Source of the DNA: Candidatus Methylomirabilota bacterium
GTDB taxonomy: Bacteria; Methylomirabilota; Methylomirabilia; Rokubacteriales; CSP1-6
Reading direction: 5' to 3'
DNA: 12,595 bases
Assembly: GCA_046726415.1 (NCBI GenBank)
Contig: JBKPAK010000095.1
Coordinates: forward strand, 1 to 12,595
Within the stretch, counting starts at the first letter, position 1; every line of letters begins with the position of its first letter. Made by a program: the position numbers and the translations under genes. The notes beneath the pieces are model-generated. The model was not told where the DNA came from, searched no databases, and was given only the letters and a program-made list of their open reading frames with translations. This document shows positions 6,731 to 12,595 of the stretch, piece after piece.

Positions 6731-7818
6731 ATGGCGCGACGCGGTGACGGCATCTACCAGCGGGGCAAGGTGTGGTACCTGGACTTCGTTCATGAGGGCC
6801 GCCGGCACGTCGTGCGCCTCGGGCGGGCATCAACCGGACGGTCGCCCGCGAGCTGGCCAGCGTGAAGCGCGCGGGGATTCTCAAGGGCGAGGTCGGTATT
6901 GGCCCCAAGGTGCGGAATCATCCGACGTTCGAGCAGGCCAGCGCCGAGTTCCTGAAGTGGATGAACACCAACAAGAAGCCGCGCACGGCGCGAGGCTACC
7001 GGAACGCCCTCAAGCATCTGGCGCGATCGTTTGGCGGGTGCCGGCTCAGTCAGATCGATGAGCTGAGCGTCGAGCGGCACAAGCGCACCCTGGTCGAGGC
7101 CGGCCACGGCACGGCCGCCAACCGCCAGCTGGCCATCCTACGGAGCCTGTTCAACCGCTGTCGTGACGATCTGAAGGTCTACGACGGGCCGACGCCGCGC
7201 ATGCGGCTGGTGCGCGAATCACCAGGACGTCTGCGGTTCCTCGACGCCGCCGAGGAGCAGCGTCTGCTCGAGCATGTCACGGAGCCTGTGCGGACCATCA
7301 TCCTGGTGGGCACCCACACGGGCCTCAGGATCACCTCGGAGGCCCTGGCCCTCCAGAAGCAGGACGTCGACCTTGCCCGTGGCCTCCTGACCGTCCAGAC
7401 CGCCTATGCGAAGAACGGCCGGACGCGCACCGTCCCCCTCAACCGGGTGGTGCGGGCCGCGCTGGCCAGGATCTTCGAGCAGACGCCTGGCCCGTTCGTG
7501 TTTGCTCGGCGGGATGGCCGACCGCTTCGGACCATCCGCAAGCCGTTCGAGGCCGCCTGTGAGGCCGCCAAGCTCACGGACGTCACCCCCCACACTCTGC
7601 GACACACGTTCGCTTCCAAGCTGGCCATGGCCGGCGTGGACCCACGGACGATCCAAGAGTTGGGCGGCTGGCGCTCGCTCGCGATGGTCGCGCGCTACAC
7701 GCACCTGAGCCCGACCCACAAGGCCGAGGCCGTCGAGCGGATCGCCGAAAATTCCCCAACGCTTTTCACAACAGGGCCGACGGCGACGACTGGCCAGCGT
7801 CGCGTAAGTGCTTTATAG
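6731..7818 (+). CDS. int: Tyrosine recombinase/phage-type integrase (Int1) with 1-nt frameshift near 6826
   Basis: Arm-binding-like N-terminus MARRGDGIYQRGKVWYLDFVHEGRRHVVRLGR from ATG 6731 joins INRTVARELASVKRAG... in the 6862 frame. Catalytic motifs TGLR, AKNG, HTLRHTFAS, LGGW, ARYTH. Confidence 0.93.
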
Positions 7819-9125
7819 TGTTGGCCCAGGCCGGGGTAGCTCAGTGGTAGAGCAGCTGATTCGTAATCAGCAGGCCGCGGGTTCAAATCCCGCCCCCGGC
7901 TCCATTCAGAATCAATCACTTCCGAATCGTCGCGTCCTCCGAAAGGGCGGTTTGGTTCCACTTTTGGTTCCAGATCAGCGAGCAGAGCCTCCGCCGTGGC
8001 CTTCAGGTCGTCCCGTCGATCGAGGACCTCGACCCAGCGCTGGCCCCTGGACGGAATCCACCGGGCGTAGAAGCGGAGCGTCGTGGCGGGATTGGCGTGG
8101 CCGAGCTGCGCGGCGACGTACGTGATCGGCGCGTTGCGCGCCAAGAGCAGGCTCGCGAAGGTGTGGCGGAGATCGTAGACTCGGAAGGCGGGCAGGCCGG
8201 CTCGCCTGAGCACTCCGCGGAAGACCCGGCCCACCTTGGTCTCGTCCATTGGTCGGCCCACCTCACTCGGAAAAAGCCACTCGGGCTGGCCCCAGCCGCA
8301 CCGGAACGCCTCCGCCTTGAGCCATGTCAGGTGCTCGAGGAGGATCCGGGTGAGGTTTCGGCTCATCTCTACGGCACGTTGGTCGTGGGTCTTCGTGTCC
8401 TTCTCGCGCCTCAGGCTCCACGCGCGCTCCACGCGGATCAGACGTTGGGGGAAGTCGAGATCGCCCGGTCGCAGTGCGAAGCCCTCGCCCGGGCGCAGGC
8501 CTGCGTAGACCAGCGTTGCGAAGAGCGCGAAGTGCCGCCGCTCAGCCGCTGCCGCGTCGAGGAACGCTTGGCGTTGCTCCCACGTCATCGGCCGGATGCG
8601 CTGTACACGCTCGGACTGGGTCAGCTTGTTGGCGCGACCGCCGAGACGGCGGCCGAGCTGGAGCGCCGGGTTGACGGGGATGAGGCCGTCATCCACGGCC
8701 TCGGAGAGCAGCGCCGAGAGCGGGGCCTTCATGAGCCGCACGCTGTTCTTCGAATGCCCCTGCCGGCGCTTCTCAGCAAGGAACGCCTTGATGTGCGCGC
8801 GGTGGATCAAGCGCAGTTTCAAGTGGCCGAGCGCGGGCAGCACGTGACGCTTGAGGCGCTCGGCGTAGCTCCGGTGCGTATTGGGTGCCCGGTCCGCTTC
8901 CACCATCGCCAGCCAGCGCGTGGCGTACTCGCGGAGCGTGATCTCACGGTCCTGGATGACAGGTAGGACTTGTCCGACGCGGCGGAAGACCTCGGTCGCA
9001 AACTCGTGCGCAGCCTCCTCGGTCGAGAAGAGGGGCCGACGGCGCACGCCATCGATGTCGCGATAGTCGACCTCCCAGACGCCGCGGTTCTTGCGGAAGC
9101 GGATCGTGACCTTCGCTCTCGCCAT
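7695..9125 (-). CDS. int: Tyrosine recombinase/phage-type integrase (Int2); ORF reads through the tRNA antisense
   Basis: Arm-binding-like N-terminus (RGVWEVDYRDIDGVRRR), core-binding region, catalytic motifs AGLRPGE, DTKT, YDLRHTFAS, QLGH, LRFYA. GGAGG SD upstream. Confidence 0.95.
   Translation of the reverse strand: MARAKVTIRFRKNRGVWEVDYRDIDGVRRRPLFSTEEAAHEFATEVFRRVGQVLPVIQDREITLREYATRWLAMVEADRAPNTHRSYAERLKRHVLPALGHLKLRLIHRAHIKAFLAEKRRQGHSKNSVRLMKAPLSALLSEAVDDGLIPVNPALQLGRRLGGRANKLTQSERVQRIRPMTWEQRQAFLDAAAAERRHFALFATLVYAGLRPGEGFALRPGDLDFPQRLIRVERAWSLRREKDTKTHDQRAVEMSRNLTRILLEHLTWLKAEAFRCGWGQPEWLFPSEVGRPMDETKVGRVFRGVLRRAGLPAFRVYDLRHTFASLLLARNAPITYVAAQLGHANPATTLRFYARWIPSRGQRWVEVLDRRDDLKATAEALLADLEPKVEPNRPFGGRDDSEVIDSEWSRGRDLNPRPADYESAALPLSYPGLGQHYKALTRRWPVVAVGPVVKSVGEFSAIRSTASALWVGLRCV
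7791..7819 (+). promoter_or_regulatory. Putative sigma70 promoter for tRNA-Thr inside int1 3' end
   Basis: TGGCCA (7791-7796), 17 nt, TATAGT (7814-7819). Mature tRNA starts at 7830. Confidence 0.55.
7830..7904 (+). tRNA. tRNA-Thr(CGT)
   Basis: Full cloverleaf: acceptor GCCGGGG/CCCCGGC, D arm GCTC/GAGC, anticodon arm GCTGA-TT-CGT-AA-TCAGC, T arm GCGGG-TTCAAAT-CCCGC, discriminator T, encoded CCA at 7902-7904. Confidence 0.98.
7910..7972 (+). promoter_or_regulatory. Putative att arm of right element: IHF-like site plus arm-type direct repeats
   Basis: AATCAATCACTTC (7910-7922) has 1 mismatch to WATCAANNNNTTR. TTTGGTTCCA occurs at 7951-7960 and 7963-7972. Confidence 0.6.
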
Positions 9126-9137
9126 CGCCTCCTCGAC

Positions 9138-9608
9138 TCAGATCATCGGAGACCTGCGTGGTCGCCCGGCCGGGCTGGTGAGACGGGTCGGCTGCATGTC
9201 TCTGCGAGGATTGAGCGACTCTATGGGGCGCTGTCCATCTTCGTCAACGTCACGCTTCGGATACGCCAGCCACTGCCGCAGTCCCCCGACCGAGATCATC
9301 CAGTACTTCCCGGACTTCGTCGCCGGGATCCGGCCGGTCCGGCACAGCTCGTGGACATAGGCCGCCTTGAGGCTCAGGCTCTCGGCGACCTGCTGGGGCG
9401 TCAGGTGCCGCAGTTCCTCGACGGAATCTATGGCGAGCGGTGCCGTCCGGGTGGTCGTCACGCTCACCAGGCGCTGCCAGAGGATGGCCTTGAGGCGTTC
9501 GAGACCGCCGAGGAGTTCGACGAGGTGCGGCTGCCCGGCGGTGTTGATCGTGCGCTCCAGGGAGAGGAGCAGGTCGGGTTCGGGATCAGGTGGGGTGGTC
9601 GACGTCAT
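9138..9608 (-). CDS. Excisionase-type (HTH_17/MerR-like) DNA-binding protein
   Basis: HLTPQQVAESLSLKAAYVHELCRTGRIPATKSGKYWMISVGGLRQWL. Ends 12 bp upstream of int2 on the same strand. Confidence 0.85.
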   Translation of the reverse strand: MTSTTPPDPEPDLLLSLERTINTAGQPHLVELLGGLERLKAILWQRLVSVTTTRTAPLAIDSVEELRHLTPQQVAESLSLKAAYVHELCRTGRIPATKSGKYWMISVGGLRQWLAYPKRDVDEDGQRPIESLNPRRDMQPTRLTSPAGRPRRSPMI

Positions 9609-9783
9609 TGCGCATCCCCGCGGACCACGCCGAAGTCGATCTTGTGATCAGCCGCTCGTAATCGCACCGGCACCTCCGTCTCGCCCGGCAAGACACTGCA
9701 AGGATTCGACCGCGCTCGGCCAACACCCGAAGTTCCGACGGGACGCGGCGTTGCGCGGCGTGAGCGTGCTCGCCGGCTCCGAA

Positions 9784-9968
9784 GAAACGACACGAAACGA
9801 CACGAAACGACAACGGCACTGAAACCACGCGGGCTTACGCGTCACCGGAGCTGCCCCAGACCCCCGAAAACGACACGAAACGACACGAAACGACAACGGC
9901 GCTGAAACCACGCGGGCTTACGCGTCACTGGACCTGCGCAGACCCCCGAAACGACACGAAACGACAAC
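9784..9968 (+). repeat. Nested direct-repeat array: 83/81-bp units containing 10-bp iteron-like repeats
   Basis: Units start at 9785, 9868 and 9949. AAACGACA(CG) recurs with 10-bp period in groups of 3+3+2, separated by near-identical 53/51-bp linkers containing CTGAAACCACGCGGGCTTACGCGTCAC. Confidence 0.95.
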
Positions 9969-10132
9969 CGGCCACGGGTCCATTCCACCGGCACCCCTCG
10001 CAGCCCGATCGCTCTCACATCTCGCGGAGTTGCCCTTCCCGCTCGCCGTCCCACCGCCATGGCATCACTTCTGCCTTGTCCCCCTATCGGCGCGGTGCTC
10101 GTCGAGACGGGTGCCGGGAGGCGTGAGGATCC

Positions 10133-10504
10133 ATGAAGGTCGTCCACGGTTGGCCGACGGCGCTGCTGCACGCGGTCAAGGAGCGAAACGTCGAGGCTGT
10201 GCGCGTCGCGGCGTTCCTGCAGAGCAGCGACGTCATCTCGAACGGCATCCCGCGCTACACGGCGTGGGTGGTCGTCACGGCGCGGCTCGATCTCGATTGG
10301 AACCTCTGGACCGAGTGGCGTCTCCTGATCGGGCGAGGCTACGCGGAGGTGACCGAGCATGGGGCTGCTGTCCCGGCACGACTCGCTGGGCTCCAGAAGG
10401 AGAAGACTGGGGAGATTCGCGCGCGCGTGACTGAGGCCGGCCTCGGCGTGCGCGGCGGAATCCTCGCCCACGACGCCGAGGCGTTGGACGGGGTTGTCCT
10501 GTGA
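10133..10504 (+). CDS. Hypothetical protein, paralog A
   Basis: GAGG SD. Full-length similarity to 10879-11247. Confidence 0.8.
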   Translation: MKVVHGWPTALLHAVKERNVEAVRVAAFLQSSDVISNGIPRYTAWVVVTARLDLDWNLWTEWRLLIGRGYAEVTEHGAAVPARLAGLQKEKTGEIRARVTEAGLGVRGGILAHDAEALDGVVL

Positions 10505-10541
10505 TCGCGGTGCCGACTACCGGCGGGGCGAGGCCGGGCTG

Positions 10542-10796
10542 ATGCCGGATCTCGACCTGATCAAGATGGTATCGACGCTTGGCGTCGGCGGGCTGCTGGC
10601 GTGCGTGATCTTCATCTACTACCGCCTGGACTTTCTCCGGGAGCGCCACAACCACCAGGCCGAGCGCGAGCGGCAGGCGAAGCGCGAGGAGCGCCTGCTT
10701 GACGTGATCGAGCGGAACGCCACGGCGTCCGAGCGGCTGGCCGTCATGATGGAGAACTTGGCCCGGGCGCTGGAGCGCGAGGGACGGCGTCCGTGA
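10542..10796 (+). CDS. Single-TM plus coiled-coil protein, BhlA/UviB holin-like
   Basis: MPDLDLIKMVSTLGVGGLLACVIFIYYR (TM) followed by charged coiled coil with KREERLLDVIE. GAGG upstream of ATG 10542. Confidence 0.65.
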   Translation: MPDLDLIKMVSTLGVGGLLACVIFIYYRLDFLRERHNHQAERERQAKREERLLDVIERNATASERLAVMMENLARALEREGRRP

Positions 10797-10878
10797 GCCG
10801 CCGCCAGGCGAGCCGGCGCTGCCGAGCTCCTGAAGCTTCTCGGACCCGTGATGACCACGTAGAAAGGCCGTGCACACG

Positions 10879-11247
10879 ATGAAGCTCCTCTTCGACTCCC
10901 TGGACGCGTTTCTCGTCGAGATCCGCGACCGGAATGTGGAGATCGTGCGCATCTCGCCGGCGCTCGCGATCGACACGGGCCGGCGGACGGCGGGGATCCC
11001 ACATCTGGTGAGCCGCGTGCTGGTGACGGCTGCGCTCAACGAGCATCACTGGGCAGAGTGGCGGCACTGGGTGGGCCGCGCCGTCGCGGAGGTCGGCGAC
11101 CGCGGCCTCCATCTGCCCGCGTGGCTCCGGGAGAAGCAGGACCGGGCGCTCGCCGAGGTCTCGAAGCGTGTGGACGACGCCGGCCTTCGGGTCCGCGAGG
11201 GGATTCTCACTCACGATGCGGGTGTGATGGACAGCTTCCGGCTATGA
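10879..11247 (+). CDS. Hypothetical protein, paralog B
   Basis: Start chosen by alignment with paralog A (MKLLF vs MKVVH). Shared motifs RNVE-x-VR, GIP, VTA, W-x-EWR, GR-xx-AEV, AGL-x-VR-x-GIL-x-HDA. Confidence 0.8.
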   Translation: MKLLFDSLDAFLVEIRDRNVEIVRISPALAIDTGRRTAGIPHLVSRVLVTAALNEHHWAEWRHWVGRAVAEVGDRGLHLPAWLREKQDRALAEVSKRVDDAGLRVREGILTHDAGVMDSFRL

Positions 11248-11317
11248 GGGCTGGCGAGGGTAGTGCAGGACGTACAGCAGCCGGCGGAGTCCTGAGCCGG
11301 GTGCCAGCGAGGTGGCG

Positions 11318-11527
11318 ATGAGGGAGTGCCGATCGGGCAAGGTGCGGAAGATCATCGCGCTTAGGGCGCGCGCGGCAAAACTCAACGCGGACTACGAGGG
11401 GGCGCAGGGTCGCCTGGCGCCCACGAAGCACCGGGCGCGGCAACTGCTCGCCGAGGCCCGGATGCTGAAGGGAGCGCTCACCGCCTGCGAGCTGGCGGAG
11501 CTCCGGCGGGCGTGGAGCGGGGTGTAA
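11318..11527 (+). CDS. Hypothetical basic helical protein
   Basis: GAGGT SD before ATG 11318, GC3-biased codons, co-oriented with neighbours. Confidence 0.6.
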   Translation: MRECRSGKVRKIIALRARAAKLNADYEGAQGRLAPTKHRARQLLAEARMLKGALTACELAELRRAWSGV

Positions 11528-11628
11528 CACCCGCGCAGATGGGCCATCCCGCAGAACTCGCAGTCCAGGTCAGTCCCGGGCCAGGGGCCGGCGTCTCGCC
11601 TGCAGTGCGGGATCGAGGCCGGGCGTTG

Positions 11629-12595
11629 ATGGTGCCAGCTCCTTCCCGCCGCGGCCCGGGGATCCTCGGGGTGACCCTCACGAAGGAAGGTCGTCTCGCG
11701 GACAGGGTCGAGCTCGAGCGGGTGGCGAAGGCCGTGGGGTCAGCAACCGACTGTTTCCTCTTCTGCCACGGGTGGCTGCACGACCAGACCGAGGCGCACG
11801 AAGAGTCGGCGCGCTTCTTCGCGCTCCTCGACGGCGTGCTCGCCCCATTGCGCGAGCGAATCGTCCCGCTGCGTTTGGGCCTTCACTGGCCATCGAAGCC
11901 ATTCGCCGTCGTCCCGCTGACGAGAGGCGCGTGGGCGAGCGGGCTCTGGCCCGAGCTCGAACACCGCTTCGCAGCATGGTCACCCCGACGCGCAAGCCGC
12001 TCTGACTTTGCGCTGCTCCGGGACCTCTGTGGGGCGGAGATCCCGAGGAGCTCCGAGGAGGAGGCGGAGCTGGACGCACTCGCACGACAACTAACGCGAT
12101 CCGCCCGCGATCGCGGAGCGCCATCGATCTCTCCCCTCCATGCGCTCAGCTTCTGGGTGATGAAGCGCCGGGCCTGTGAGGTGGGCGAGCGATTCGCGAG
12201 GGAGTGGGTGGCGCCCCTCTGGCACTCGCTCTCTCGGCCGCCCCGGCTCCACTTGATCGGCCACTCGTTCGGCGCGACGCTCGTCACGTCGATGGCACTC
12301 GGCGGCGCCCGGCCCGCGAGCTTGACGCTCCTGCTCGCCGCCTTCTCCGCCTTCGCGTTCGCGCCGTCGATCCCGGGTTTCCGCCGGCCCGGCTTCTATT
12401 ACCCCCTCCTCGCCGAGGAGCGCGTCGACGGGCCGATCGTCGTGCTTCGCTCCCACCATGACAGGGCGCTCGGCACCTTCTACCGGACCGTCACGGGAGG
12501 CGCCAAAGTCGAGCGCGCCAGCGCGCCTGATCCTGGGAGGCCGGGAGGGCGATTCGCTAGAGCGGCCACTGTCGCGGCCAGCGCACTGGGTGCCG
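11629..12595 (+). CDS. Alpha/beta hydrolase-fold protein; 3'-truncated by window and absent from ORF track
   Basis: Frame open from 11539 (likely start 11629) to window end. Motifs FLFCHGWL, GLHWPS, SFWVMKRRA, RLHLIGHSFG (nucleophile elbow at 12259-12273), SLTLLLAAFS, VLRSHHDRALG. Confidence 0.85.
   Translation, partial: MVPAPSRRGPGILGVTLTKEGRLADRVELERVAKAVGSATDCFLFCHGWLHDQTEAHEESARFFALLDGVLAPLRERIVPLRLGLHWPSKPFAVVPLTRGAWASGLWPELEHRFAAWSPRRASRSDFALLRDLCGAEIPRSSEEEAELDALARQLTRSARDRGAPSISPLHALSFWVMKRRACEVGERFAREWVAPLWHSLSRPPRLHLIGHSFGATLVTSMALGGARPASLTLLLAAFSAFAFAPSIPGFRRPGFYYPLLAEERVDGPIVVLRSHHDRALGTFYRTVTGGAKVERASAPDPGRPGGRFARAATVAASALGA

Larger units (their letters stand above)
5622..7829 (+). 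mobile_element. Core of left integrative element (XRE plus int1) abutting the tRNA 5' end; left boundary not visible
   Basis: Integrase ends 11 bp from the tRNA, with att-arm-like motifs at 7752-7817. The element probably extends over the micro-ORFs and cargo to the left. Confidence 0.6.
7905..12595 (-). mobile_element. Right integrative element (int2-xis, repeat array, holin-like gene) at the tRNA 3' end; far boundary outside window
   Basis: Standard xis-int module pointing at a tRNA 3' end. No second tRNA fragment seen in the window. Confidence 0.75.

Noticed and set aside
6303-7061. 252-aa plus-strand ORF
   Set aside because: Low-complexity alternative frame overlapping the real int1 N-terminus and a minus-strand gene.
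7808-8125. 105-aa plus-strand ORF
   Set aside because: It is a translation of the tRNA and the int2 antisense strand.
8097-9647. Long plus-strand ORFs (289 aa, 225 aa and others)
   Set aside because: Antisense shadows of int2 and xis in high-GC DNA, with no motifs.
7801-9841. Shared 8-mer CGCGTAAG at 7801 and (reverse) in the repeat linkers
   Set aside because: Too short to distinguish from chance.
9784-9968. CRISPR array
   Set aside because: The intervening sequences are near-identical rather than unique spacers, the repeat is internally tandem rather than palindromic, and no cas genes are present.
9586-10471. Minus-strand ORFs containing SFRVVS repeats
   Set aside because: They are translations of the DNA repeat array; the 10-bp and 83-bp periods are not multiples of 3.

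Overview
GC-rich bacterial accessory region centred on an intact tRNA-Thr(CGT) gene (7830-7904). Some small-protein families look like ones I recall from Ca. Rokubacteria/Methylomirabilota, but that is unverified. Two different tyrosine integrase genes converge on the tRNA. Int1 (+, true start 6731, one frameshift) stops 11 bp before its 5' end. Int2 (-, start 9125, preceded by an excisionase-type HTH gene) has no stop before the tRNA and reads through it on the antisense strand. Each flank has a 12-bp-period direct-repeat pair and an IHF-like site in mirror arrangement, suggesting two independent elements docked at the 5' and 3' ends of one tRNA. A sigma70-like promoter for the tRNA lies inside the int1 tail. 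Left side: S74-chaperone tail-fibre-type protein (partial), two secreted cargo proteins, about 3 kb of decaying paralogous micro-ORFs, and an apparently leaderless XRE regulator with a palindromic operator. Right side: a nested iteron-like repeat array (9784-9968), two paralogous unknown proteins around a holin-like gene, and a partial alpha/beta hydrolase.
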